This document shows positions 18,298 through 27,311 of a stretch of DNA of 64,000 nt, one piece after another (within the stretch, counting starts at the first letter, position 1; every line of letters begins with the position of its first letter). A program made the translations under genes and the position numbers. The notes beneath the pieces were generated by a model, which made no database searches, was not told the DNA's origin, and was given only the letters and a program-made list of their open reading frames with translations. The stretch comes from an uncultured virus (IMG/VR IMGVR_UViG_3300027573_000022) (Duplodnaviria > Heunggongvirae > Uroviricota > Caudoviricetes): the IMG/VR virus record IMGVR_UViG_3300027573_000022. One strand, 5' to 3'.

Positions 18298-18788
18298 GAC
18301 TTAGGCCACCGTCCACGCGCACTTGCTGTTGCATGTTTAGCCTTCTTCTCAGGGTCAGCCCAATGTGCACGCATCGCGATACGACGTTTCTCGTTCGCTT
18401 CGGGTGTATGAGCAGCTGCATCCATCTTGGTACGGAATGTGCCGTCATCGTCAGCCCAACGCTTACCTGTTGCTGCACCTATTGCAGCACGGGCGTTAGG
18501 TCGCGCCATAGCGTCTTGCCCACCGCGCTTACTGTTGCAGTAGAAGTGTAAGACGCGAAGATTCGATGGATGATCGGTACCACCGTCACTGATGTTGATG
18601 ATGTGATCTATCGAGAGGGCGAGCGGGTTGCGTGCTCCCTGCTCAAATGCCCGTGACTCAAATAGGCAGTCTTCCCACATACACTCGAGCTTCGGCACAT
18701 ACCCAAGTTGGTGAAGGGCGAGCACCAGCATTCGTACCCATACCCTTTTGGGTCCACCTGCCACACGGGCAAGCTCTTCCTCGAACAT
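18291..18788 (-). CDS. HNH homing endonuclease-like protein
   Basis: SIDHIINISDGGTD.PSNLRVLH.YCN; basic C-terminal DNA-binding-like segment; visibly lower GC than its flanks. Confidence 0.8.
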   Translation of the reverse strand: MFEEELARVAGGPKRVWVRMLVLALHQLGYVPKLECMWEDCLFESRAFEQGARNPLALSIDHIINISDGGTDHPSNLRVLHFYCNSKRGGQDAMARPNARAAIGAATGKRWADDDGTFRTKMDAAAHTPEANEKRRIAMRAHWADPEKKAKHATASARGRWPKSC

Positions 18789-18812
18789 TGGTTCTCCGGT
18801 CTAGGTCTGGTG

Positions 18813-19154
18813 TTACGCGACTAGCGTGACCGCGAAGCCCCTGTCCTTACGGGCCGCGAGGTCGAGTGCCTGCTGGGCGGTCGTCGTTAGACGAAGCACG
18901 CCGGTGTTGTCCACGCGGTACAGGCCGCGCACGACGTCCTCGGGTGTGTCGCACAGCTTCACCCAGGAAAGGTCAACCTCGCCCGGGCGACTCGAGCGCC
19001 CAACACCCTCGACGATGTACCGACCGGCCTCGGTGCGGAAGATGCGAAGATCGAACCACCGGTCCGACTCGGGACGACGGCTTGATGCCTCACCGAGCAG
19101 ATCACCACGGAAGGCGATCTGCCGTGATCCGTCCTTCACCCGGTATCCCTTCAC
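18813..19154 (-). CDS. Hypothetical protein
   Basis: Clean ORF; TGATACAGT 7 nt upstream of GTG. Confidence 0.65.
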   Translation of the reverse strand: MKGYRVKDGSRQIAFRGDLLGEASSRRPESDRWFDLRIFRTEAGRYIVEGVGRSSRPGEVDLSWVKLCDTPEDVVRGLYRVDNTGVLRLTTTAQQALDLAARKDRGFAVTLVA

Positions 19155-19159
19155 AGTCC

Positions 19160-19963
19160 CTACTGTATCACGCTCCGTAGGGATAGGTCATGCCCGCGCG
19201 AGGCGAGTGGGCCGATGGAGCGGGGGAAGTGTTCCCCCACCAGGTCGTGCAGCACAACGGTGTGAAACCCATAGGTCTCCCGGGCATCACGCTGATAGGC
19301 GGGATCGTCGGTGAGGCCGTCGTCCAGGTCCCAATACCACCTCAGCCTGCGAAAGAGCACGCGGTGCACCAGCAGAAAGCCGGCGGTGTTCCAGTGCACC
19401 TGGGCGTCGGATGATGGGATTGCATCATCGGGTACGAACTCCCACGGGAGTCTTGGGTTTGCGATGAACGGGAACTCCCGCCCATGCTGCAGCACGATCT
19501 GATGGTACGTCTTCACCCGAGGTCCGGTGAGCCCGTAGGTGGGAACGTGTCCGCCTACGATGGGCCACGTCACGTTCAGCATGCGCACCACCGACTCGGG
19601 AGGGGCCATCGTGTCGGAGTCCAGGAAGAGGATCGCGTCATACCGGCCGATGAGACCTTGCTCGGTGACGAGGTTTCGTCCCATGCAGATGCGATTGATG
19701 CGGTCCTCGTTGGTGAGGTAGTCCGCACCGTTGTCGTACCGGAACTCGACGCGCCACCCTCCCACCGCGGCGAGGCGTCGCAGGAGGGCATCTTGTAGAC
19801 CGTTCCCACGGGCATCGACCTCAAGCGCGACGAAGAACTCGACCTCGTGCCCGTACTCCCGGGAGAACTCTTGCATGGCCGCGGCGTGGATGAGCCACGC
19901 CGTGACATACTCATCGTGATCCGCCTTGTACGGCGGCACGGTGCATCCCACGAGAACCCTCAC
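19160..19963 (-). CDS. GT-A (GT2-like) glycosyltransferase
   Basis: GRNL...ILFLDSD (DxD), TAGFLLVHR, DDPAY..D; GTGA-coupled start at 19963. Confidence 0.75.
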   Translation of the reverse strand: MRVLVGCTVPPYKADHDEYVTAWLIHAAAMQEFSREYGHEVEFFVALEVDARGNGLQDALLRRLAAVGGWRVEFRYDNGADYLTNEDRINRICMGRNLVTEQGLIGRYDAILFLDSDTMAPPESVVRMLNVTWPIVGGHVPTYGLTGPRVKTYHQIVLQHGREFPFIANPRLPWEFVPDDAIPSSDAQVHWNTAGFLLVHRVLFRRLRWYWDLDDGLTDDPAYQRDARETYGFHTVVLHDLVGEHFPRSIGPLASRGHDLSLRSVIQ

Positions 19964-20175
19964 GTGTACGGCCACCTCCCCCATTCCTTCACCGAACGCA
20001 CCGTTCCCTGAATGAAGCCAACAATCACCCAGATGAGAAGCAACGTCATCCACCCGTACCACGCGCCAAACTTCAGGCCGATCATCACGGCGAGAAAGAT
20101 GCGCTCCGACCAGTTGACGATCGACCGCGTCCACACCTGCAGACGACGATCATGCTCCTCAGCTGATGACGGCAC
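19960..20175 (-). CDS. Small membrane protein
   Basis: Two hydrophobic segments; start uncertain. Confidence 0.55.
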   Translation of the reverse strand: MPSSAEEHDRRLQVWTRSIVNWSERIFLAVMIGLKFGAWYGWMTLLLIWVIVGFIQGTVRSVKEWGRWPYT

Positions 20176-20521
20176 GGGCGAATGCATCCTGTGCACGCCG
20201 CGCGCCCTGCCGCGCGAGTGCCTCGGAGTTGTAGCCGCCCCTACCGATGACGTTCCTGCCGGTGCTACCCACCAGTTCCCACGCCCAGTCCCTGGGGCCT
20301 ACCTGCTCGAACAGGACGCGTGGGACCTTGGGAGCACGAACGGCGGGTGCCTTCTTCTTGGCCGCCTTCTTCGTCTTGGTCTTCTGCATGGTGATGACTT
20401 CTCCCTCTCGCTCAATGATGAGTACGCGGCGACGCCGATCCGGCGAACCGTCCTTCTTCAGTGGTGTGACGACGATCTTGTGAAGCTCAAGTTGAAGTTG
20501 CGTGCTTCGTCTTCGCGTCAC
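20159..20521 (-). CDS. Basic protein with a DUF1508/YegP-like C-terminus
   Basis: WAWELVGSTGRNV..RGGYNS.A.A; Lys-rich linker; TACAGT 6 nt before GTG. Confidence 0.55.
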   Translation of the reverse strand: MTRRRSTQLQLELHKIVVTPLKKDGSPDRRRRVLIIEREGEVITMQKTKTKKAAKKKAPAVRAPKVPRVLFEQVGPRDWAWELVGSTGRNVIGRGGYNSEALARQGARRAQDAFARAVIS

Positions 20522-20539
20522 GGCCGCACTGTATCACGG

Positions 20540-20617
20540 CTAGCGAAGGATGATCTTGGCGAGAACGATGATCGCGAGGATGACGAGAATGATGATGAGG
20601 ATACCCATGACCCTCAT
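20540..20617 (-). CDS. 25-aa single-TM micropeptide (absent from the ORF track)
   Basis: MRVMGILIIILVILAIIVLAKIILR; ATGA overlap with the upstream stop. Confidence 0.6.
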   Translation of the reverse strand: MRVMGILIIILVILAIIVLAKIILR

Positions 20618-21351
20618 ATTACGCCCGCGAGTGCGTGGATCGCATCACGAACGAATCGGTCACGCATGTCGAAGTAACCCGACCCGAACTGGAGTGCTTG
20701 CCCGTGCTGGTCGAGTTCACGCCAGCACTCGTCGCCCTCCATGGGAATGCAGAAGGTCGAGTCGGGGTTCACGAGACCCATGATGATGTCGTCACCCTCG
20801 TGTGGCCAACGAATCTGGCCATCGTCGCGAACGTTGAGCCGCACGAACTCCTCGGCCGCCACGAGCCGGGCCAGCGCGCGCCAGCCACACCACACGACGC
20901 GACCGTGCAGGCCGTCCACGTGTACACGCTGACCCTTGCTGAGTAGGTGGGGCTGCACGATGCGACCGTGGTGGAAGGAGTTGTCACGCAGCTGCACGCC
21001 CCAGAAGCCCGTCACGAAGTCGGGCCGGAAGGACTCCTCGAGAAGTCGCTCGACCGTTCGACGCCCGGGCGCGGTGTCGTCATCACTAAGGTAGTACCAG
21101 TCGGCCGGGTCCAACATGGCGGTGATGAACTTGGCCCGGGTGTGGAAGTTCTCACTTCGCACGAGGGTGATGCGCTTGTCGAGGATCTCGATTCGCTCGA
21201 ACGACTCCTCCCAGCGTGCCGGGCCCTGGGCGTGGATGATGATGCGGTCGGGTACACGGGTGCCGGCCAGCAGACCCTCGACGATCGGCAGGACGTTGGG
21301 AATGCGTGCCGGCCAGTAGGACAGCACGACCGCGACGACCCGCTCAGTCAC
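20614..21351 (-). CDS. GT-A fold glycosyltransferase
   Basis: VAVVLSYW.AR, YLSDDD, EGDDI. Confidence 0.65.
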   Translation of the reverse strand: MTERVVAVVLSYWPARIPNVLPIVEGLLAGTRVPDRIIIHAQGPARWEESFERIEILDKRITLVRSENFHTRAKFITAMLDPADWYYLSDDDTAPGRRTVERLLEESFRPDFVTGFWGVQLRDNSFHHGRIVQPHLLSKGQRVHVDGLHGRVVWCGWRALARLVAAEEFVRLNVRDDGQIRWPHEGDDIIMGLVNPDSTFCIPMEGDECWRELDQHGQALQFGSGYFDMRDRFVRDAIHALAGVI

Positions 21352-21896
21352 GCACCCTCCAGGTTGCGTACGACGTCGAGGTCGCGGATCTGGTCGTAGT
21401 ACACGTTGCCCAGTGCGACCATTCGCCTCTGTGACTGAAGCGAGTACGAGTCCGCGGCATCACATGTGTCAAGGACACCCGAGTGCTTACGCACCGCGAG
21501 GCTGACGAGGCGTGAGTGACCGAAGGAGTCGACCCGCTCATCGAGCTGCCCGGCCCGCGCGAGGAAGCGGTCGATGGCGACCATGTAGCAGCTCGGGTTG
21601 ACCGGCTCCCACCACACCCGGTCATCAAGGCGCGGACTGGCGACGACGGTCTTCGCGTTGTCCCTGAACATCAGGTGGCCCGCGAGCTCGTGCACAGCCG
21701 CATCTTCGAGGGTGGCACCGTCGATGATGAGCGCAAACGTCGTAGGCGTGGCCTTCAGCGTCTCATTGATCTGGTGCACCACCTTCGGCGGGTGAAGGAT
21801 GACGACGGTTCCGCAGCTGTCACGCAGCTTGGGAAGGATGATCTCCACCTCGTCCGCCCAGTTGACGATGACCGCCGTGATGGACTCAGGTCCCAC
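21348..21896 (-). CDS. Degenerate glycosyltransferase-like protein
   Basis: ITAVIVNW, ALIIDG, LDER, GT2-like remnants; start uncertain. Confidence 0.4.
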   Translation of the reverse strand: MGPESITAVIVNWADEVEIILPKLRDSCGTVVILHPPKVVHQINETLKATPTTFALIIDGATLEDAAVHELAGHLMFRDNAKTVVASPRLDDRVWWEPVNPSCYMVAIDRFLARAGQLDERVDSFGHSRLVSLAVRKHSGVLDTCDAADSYSLQSQRRMVALGNVYYDQIRDLDVVRNLEGA

Positions 21897-22815
21897 GGTC
21901 AAGCTCGTCGGTGAGGCGGTCGGCGAAGACTCGATATCGGTCGAGAAGATTCGTTCGAGAGTTGAGGTAGTCACGCTGTGTGTAGAACGTCCAGTGGGCG
22001 CACTGTGCACCTCCGTACACATAGTTCGACCGACGGACGATGGTCGGTATGTGCATCGTCAACCAATGCTCTTCCTCGTCCCAGTTGAGCACCCCACCGC
22101 AGTCGGCGTACTCCTTCCCGTCGATGGCGAAGCAGGATACGCTGAACTGCTGCCGCCAACCTAGCTCAACCCACTTGTTCGGTTCGATGCACGCATCCTC
22201 GTGATCGTGCTCGAGGTGGTGCAGCAGAAGGTTATGTACAGCCTCCGCGAAGTACGGGTCACCCCAGCCGACCGGGTCCACTGCGTTCATCGCCACGCGC
22301 GGCCACTGCCACGGCTGGTGACCCCACCGCTGCATGATGCTGCTCGACACGGCGTTGTTCCAGATGATCGGGAACACACCCAGTGACTGGGGGAAGTCAA
22401 GTTTGAAGTCCACCAGCGCGCGGATGCAGTTGTCGTGAAGCCAGATGACGTCGTCGTCGAAGCGAATGAAGATGGTGTCGCGCGCGTCGGGCGCGTTGCC
22501 CATGTACCAGAAGAAGCGCATGGTGTTGAGCTGCTTCGGCTGGCGATACCCGTCCATCCAGTGCTTGGGAACCTGGCCCGCGAGGTTCGGCGTGCGTGGA
22601 CCCGGGCACTGGAACGACTTGATCCACGGGTAGGTCTCGGTCAGCTTGCGGGCGTACGCCTCATCCTGGATCTGGTGTGGGTCCATGTTGAGGCAGAGCA
22701 TCCACTCGTCGAGAACGCCGCGGGCGTGCTCACGCCGGAGGTACGGAAGCAACAGGGAGACGGTTGCCTCACGCCCGTAGGGTGTGAACGCGACGATCTT
22801 CCTACCGCGGTACAT
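21886..22815 (-). CDS. Glycosyltransferase-like protein
   Basis: IVAFTPYGRE, IFIRFDDDVIWL, DEEEHWLT, H.TFYTQ. Confidence 0.65.
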   Translation of the reverse strand: MYRGRKIVAFTPYGREATVSLLLPYLRREHARGVLDEWMLCLNMDPHQIQDEAYARKLTETYPWIKSFQCPGPRTPNLAGQVPKHWMDGYRQPKQLNTMRFFWYMGNAPDARDTIFIRFDDDVIWLHDNCIRALVDFKLDFPQSLGVFPIIWNNAVSSSIMQRWGHQPWQWPRVAMNAVDPVGWGDPYFAEAVHNLLLHHLEHDHEDACIEPNKWVELGWRQQFSVSCFAIDGKEYADCGGVLNWDEEEHWLTMHIPTIVRRSNYVYGGAQCAHWTFYTQRDYLNSRTNLLDRYRVFADRLTDELDRGT

Positions 22816-23845
22816 GCCAGGTGACCCCCTCGTTGGCGCGGAACCACTCCACCGTCTCGCGCAGGCCGACCTCGAGCGGTGTGAAGTCATCCGCCCACAT
22901 CCCGATCTCGGTCAGGGTGCTTGTGTCGGCGTATACATCGACGTCGAGCTGGCGCAGTAGGTCCATCACCTTCTTGTAGGTGCGGACGTCCCCGCGCGGT
23001 ACCGACCCGAGAACGGCGTCCCGCAGCTTGGGAAGCAGCCCGGGATCGACGTCGGGTCGCGCCTTCTCACCCGGGCGCATGTCCAGATGCACCACCTCGT
23101 CCTCGACGCCGACGATGTCGCAGACCAGTTCGGCGATCTCGAGCGTCGTTCGATGCTCGCGGGGACCGACCTCGAGGGGGAACGGGGGAACGTTTCCCAT
23201 CTTCAGGTTCTCGAGGCACGTGACGAAGACGCGGGCGACGTCCTTCACGTACACCATGTCGCTGATGCGGGAGCCGTCACCGTAGACCTCGACCGGGTAG
23301 TCCGGATGCTGGGCGAGTGCACGACACACGAAGCTGGGCGTGATCTTGCGCACCTGGGAGCTGGCGAACGGGGGTGCGGGAACCTGCCCGGGTCCGTACG
23401 CGTTCATGGGTCGCACCGTCGCGAACGGAAGATGGAACTCGTTGCGGAACTGGTTGAGCAGTCGCTCCACCGAGGTCTTGGTGGTGGAGTAGGTGTTCTC
23501 GTGCCAGTGGTTGCCGACACCCGCGTACACGAGTGGAATCGAGTAGTGCTTGCACGCACCGAGGACGTTCACACCGCCGAGGATGTTGACCTCCGCGGCC
23601 GGCCCGGGGTCACCGATCGTCTCTTGCGTGCCGAGCACGGCGGCGAGGTGAATCACACCGTCCACGTGTGCGGCGAGTTCCTTCACGGCGGATGAGTCCC
23701 GAACGTCGGCCAGCATCACCGGGTCACCGGCGCCGTTGCAACGGCCCTTGTGATCGAGGACGAGGACCTCGTGACCGCGACTTCGCAGCTCGTTGCAGAT
23801 GTGTGTGCCGATGAACCCGTTGCCACCGGTCACTCCGACCTTCAC
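22802..23845 (-). CDS. NAD-dependent sugar epimerase/dehydratase
   Basis: VTGGNGFIG, HLAAV, YSTTK, NAYGPGQ, YGDG.RISD.VYV.DVA. Confidence 0.9.
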   Translation of the reverse strand: MKVGVTGGNGFIGTHICNELRSRGHEVLVLDHKGRCNGAGDPVMLADVRDSSAVKELAAHVDGVIHLAAVLGTQETIGDPGPAAEVNILGGVNVLGACKHYSIPLVYAGVGNHWHENTYSTTKTSVERLLNQFRNEFHLPFATVRPMNAYGPGQVPAPPFASSQVRKITPSFVCRALAQHPDYPVEVYGDGSRISDMVYVKDVARVFVTCLENLKMGNVPPFPLEVGPREHRTTLEIAELVCDIVGVEDEVVHLDMRPGEKARPDVDPGLLPKLRDAVLGSVPRGDVRTYKKVMDLLRQLDVDVYADTSTLTEIGMWADDFTPLEVGLRETVEWFRANEGVTWHVPR

Positions 23846-24891
23846 AGCAGCCACTCCCTTCGCTTCATCGTCCACCTTACGGTGCGCTCGAGTGACTCCT
23901 CGAACGGCACGGGTGCCATCCATCCAGCCATTCGCAACTTGCTGCCGTCGAGTGAGTATCGTAGGTCGTGACCCGGGCGTGAGGAGTGATGATCAACGAG
24001 GTCACACCCCCACGACTCCAGACCCATCGCCCGGGCGATGAAGCCAATCATCTCGATGCCGTCCACCTCCCGATCACCGGCGACGTTCCACCGGTCGGGC
24101 CACAGGTTGGTGCGATCGTACCGCGTCACGGGTTGCTGCAGCAGGAAGCACAGCGCGTCGGCGTGGTTGCGCGCGTGCAGCCACACCCGGGATGATGCGA
24201 CCCAGTCATCCACGGCTTCATCCGTTCCCTTCACCGTGCGCACGATCTTCTTCCCGACGATCGCGCCGTGTACGGTCATCTTCTCACCGGCAAGGAACGT
24301 CTTGATCGTCTTGGGTATGAACTTCTCCGGTCCCTGACGCTCACCGAAGTTGTTCATCGTGTTGGTGATGACGACCGGCACGTTGAAGGAGCGCCACCAC
24401 GCGATGGCCGCGGCCTCCTGTGCGGACTTGCTCCCGCTGTAGGGGTTCGACGGAAGCTGTGGGTCCCACTCTCGCGAGGGACGTCCCAGGGGCACCGGCC
24501 CATACACCTCATCGGTGGAGACCTGAATGAAGTGGGTGAGGAAGCGGGTGCGCGCCCACTCGAGCATGTTCACGGTGATGGCGGCGTTGGCGAGGAAGAA
24601 GTCCGCCGGCCGGGCAAGGCTGTTGTCCACGTGCGACTCGGCCGCCGCGTGGATGACGGCGTCCACGTATCCGATGCGGTCATCCAGTCCCGACCCGATC
24701 GGCGAGCGTAGGTCGTGCCACAGCACCTTCACCCGCGTCGGATCGTACCCATCGATGTCGGTAAGGCGGGCGACGTCGCCGGCGTAAGTCAGGCCGTCGA
24801 GAACGACGAGGTTCCAGTCGGTGGTCTCGAGGATGTGCTCGACGGTGTGATGCCCGATGAAGCCGGCACCGCCGGTCAGGAGGATGCGCAC
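23842..24891 (-). CDS. rmlB: dTDP-glucose 4,6-dehydratase-like protein
   Basis: LTGGAGFIG, LTYAG, AAESHVD, STDEVYG, PYSGSK, RPGHDLRYSLD. Confidence 0.88.
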   Translation of the reverse strand: MRILLTGGAGFIGHHTVEHILETTDWNLVVLDGLTYAGDVARLTDIDGYDPTRVKVLWHDLRSPIGSGLDDRIGYVDAVIHAAAESHVDNSLARPADFFLANAAITVNMLEWARTRFLTHFIQVSTDEVYGPVPLGRPSREWDPQLPSNPYSGSKSAQEAAAIAWWRSFNVPVVITNTMNNFGERQGPEKFIPKTIKTFLAGEKMTVHGAIVGKKIVRTVKGTDEAVDDWVASSRVWLHARNHADALCFLLQQPVTRYDRTNLWPDRWNVAGDREVDGIEMIGFIARAMGLESWGCDLVDHHSSRPGHDLRYSLDGSKLRMAGWMAPVPFEESLERTVRWTMKRREWLL

Positions 24892-25970
24892 TGCACCTTC
24901 GCCCTTCGGTCGAGGGCACACCGCCACGCGGTGAGCCACTCCTCGAGGTGATCCTGCGCGAACCAGTCCTGCGCGGCGGCCTGGGCCTTCATGCCGTACT
25001 CGATCCGTTCATCATCGTTGGTCATCCAGCGGTTCAACCTGAACCACCACTCCGACGCCGTCGTCGCCGTCTCACACAGGCCGATCTTGCGCGCCAGGCG
25101 GTATTCACTGGTGGGACTTGCGATCGAGGGCGTGCCTACCGCCGCGTACTCGAGACCCTTGAGGAAGGACTTCGCGGTGTTGAACGGCACCAGGCGCAGC
25201 GGTGTGAGGCCGATGCCGAAGCCGGCGAGGGTCGGGAAGTAGCGGTCGAACGAGATGTTGGGCGACACCTCACCTTGGCCCATCGGTACCTGCAGTTCGT
25301 TCAACCCCTCCGCATCATCCGACACGAGGAGTGCGTGCCACTCCCTGTTCGCGGCCAGGGCCTCGAGAAGGCCGGTCCCCACCGACGTCAGGTCCTTGGG
25401 ATGTGAGCGTGGGTTACCGGCCCAACCGACCGATCGCGTACGCTCGATGCCATCTAGGGCCTTCCCGAACATCTGACGGTCGAGGCGGTTGCGCACGACG
25501 GAGACGCGCCCGTGGCCGCCGTAGCGCCGGGCGAGGCTGGGCGTGGAGGCGATCACCCAGTCCGCCTTCGTGCACGCCTCCATCAGGTGATCACGGTTCG
25601 CGACCGGGTTCAAGCGTGGGTGAACGAAGGTGTAGGCAACGTGATTCTTTTCCACGGCGTGGAAGTCGTCATCGATCTCGACCGCCACCGCGACCCCGTG
25701 CTGCTGGATGAACGGGATAATCGCCTTGACGTGCCAGTGCAGCGGGCGCTGGAAGACGATCAGCTCGCAGTCGGGTCGCGCGACCCCGACGATTGCATCA
25801 TCCTTGGAGGGAGTTCCGGGCAGGCGCTGCTGGTAGTACACCTCAAGCCTGGGTGACTGATCCTCCTCGACCGAGACCTCGTGCCCCTCGGCTGATGCGA
25901 GTCGGGCTGGGAGGCGCATGCGGTAGAACCCACACGCGCCGTAGTCGGCGGGATACACCTGGACGCGCAC
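24876..25970 (-). CDS. GT-B (GT4-like) glycosyltransferase
   Basis: ACGFYR, EIDDD, STP.LA, VGWAG...H..DL, KS.LK.LEYAA.G.PSIAS. Confidence 0.8.
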   Translation of the reverse strand: MRVQVYPADYGACGFYRMRLPARLASAEGHEVSVEEDQSPRLEVYYQQRLPGTPSKDDAIVGVARPDCELIVFQRPLHWHVKAIIPFIQQHGVAVAVEIDDDFHAVEKNHVAYTFVHPRLNPVANRDHLMEACTKADWVIASTPSLARRYGGHGRVSVVRNRLDRQMFGKALDGIERTRSVGWAGNPRSHPKDLTSVGTGLLEALAANREWHALLVSDDAEGLNELQVPMGQGEVSPNISFDRYFPTLAGFGIGLTPLRLVPFNTAKSFLKGLEYAAVGTPSIASPTSEYRLARKIGLCETATTASEWWFRLNRWMTNDDERIEYGMKAQAAAQDWFAQDHLEEWLTAWRCALDRRAKVQCASS

Positions 25971-25979
25971 GAGGCGCGC

Positions 25980-26210
25980 CTAGAACGGAGGTTCGGCCGG
26001 CGGGTCCTCGGGTGCAGGAGCCTCCGCTTCGGGTTCGGGCTCGGGAGTGGGTTCGGACTCCTCGGGCTCGGCGGTCTCCTGGCCCTGGTCCTCGGTGGGT
26101 CCGGTGCCGATCCAGTTCCCATCCTCATCGAGGTACTGGGTAGGTGGCTCAGCCTCGGGTCCCGTGCCGACCCAGTTGCCGTATTCATCGAGGTTGGAAT
26201 CGTAGGGCAT
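25980..26210 (-). CDS. Small acidic repeat protein ending in EPPF
   Basis: Two LDE(Y/D)GNW(V/I)GTGP repeats; no Lys or Arg; TAAGGT 6 nt before ATG. Confidence 0.65.
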   Translation of the reverse strand: MPYDSNLDEYGNWVGTGPEAEPPTQYLDEDGNWIGTGPTEDQGQETAEPEESEPTPEPEPEAEAPAPEDPPAEPPF

Positions 26211-26219
26211 GTGCGAACC

Positions 26220-27302
26220 TTATCCCACCCGGCGTGTGAGACGTGGGAGGTCGGGACTCCACACCATCGTCGGACGTGAGACGCGATATGGGTTGTACGC
26301 GTCGAGGAACGCGTCCACGGGTGGAAGCCCAATGCGTCCCTCGGGCAGACTGCGAAAGTCCACGAGCTGCATGTTCATGCCGAGGCGACTGATGGAGGTC
26401 GTCTGGATGGGAATGGAGCATGCACCCGTGCCACACGCACCCAGGAACGTCTTCCCAAGTTCCATCGCGGCGTGTCGACCCATGGGCGTCGGGACCCTGC
26501 CGAACGCGACCGTCACCGACCAGGTGTCCTGCATCGTGTCGGGCAGGTCCATCCGCTGGCAGCACGGCCAGTACCGAGGCAGGCCCTGGGAGTCCGGGAG
26601 ACGCACCAGCCATCGCTGCTCATCGACGCGGTAGTCCGCGTTTGGTGTGAGGACGACGCCGTCCACCTTCACCTCGGTGACGGCCGTAAGCGGCCAGTAC
26701 CCGAGGTCGAGCGCCTGCAGGGTGTCACACCCGCAACCCCACAGCCACGCGCCGGTCGTTCCCCACGCCCATCCATACCAGCCGTACCCGGTCACCCACG
26801 GATAGAAGCCCGAGCAGTCCTGTCCGTAGGGTCGGGAGGTCTCGATGCACTCACCCGGAAACTGCATTGCACTCTTGAGGTACAGCCACTCGGTCGCCTG
26901 GTCGAGTGCGAACTGGATCTGCAACGGTGACACCTCGTTCGGGTCCACACCGCAGTAGTCCACGAACTCGTCCCACTCGACCCACGGGCTGCACAGACCC
27001 GCGAGGGTGACCTGGCTGGTGGGAGGTGTGATGTCCACGGTCGTGGACTCGACCTCGAAGCGTTCGGTCGCGGTGATGGTCTGCGCACCGGTGCCGACCC
27101 AGTACACCTCATACTTCCCGGCCTGGGGCAGCGGGATCAGAACGGTGTACACGCCGAGGCTGACGTGGATGACGCTCGCCGAGCCGTCCACCTCGGTGAA
27201 GTCGGGAAGACGCCACATCACGGTGACGGTGGCCGGGTCGACGAGTGCGCCGTTAATGCGGAACTCGACCCGGCAGATGCGATCCGAACCTACGACCGGC
27301 AT
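26220..27302 (-). CDS. Head-to-tail adaptor-like protein with an N-terminal beta-rich extension
   Basis: ATEWLY..S..QFPG.C...RP, VTEVKVDG, W..CQ, SISRLG, GLPPVDAFL..YNP, as in actinophage adaptors. Confidence 0.7.
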   Translation of the reverse strand: MPVVGSDRICRVEFRINGALVDPATVTVMWRLPDFTEVDGSASVIHVSLGVYTVLIPLPQAGKYEVYWVGTGAQTITATERFEVESTTVDITPPTSQVTLAGLCSPWVEWDEFVDYCGVDPNEVSPLQIQFALDQATEWLYLKSAMQFPGECIETSRPYGQDCSGFYPWVTGYGWYGWAWGTTGAWLWGCGCDTLQALDLGYWPLTAVTEVKVDGVVLTPNADYRVDEQRWLVRLPDSQGLPRYWPCCQRMDLPDTMQDTWSVTVAFGRVPTPMGRHAAMELGKTFLGACGTGACSIPIQTTSISRLGMNMQLVDFRSLPEGRIGLPPVDAFLDAYNPYRVSRPTMVWSPDLPRLTRRVG

Positions 27303-27311
27303 GTTCCCATC

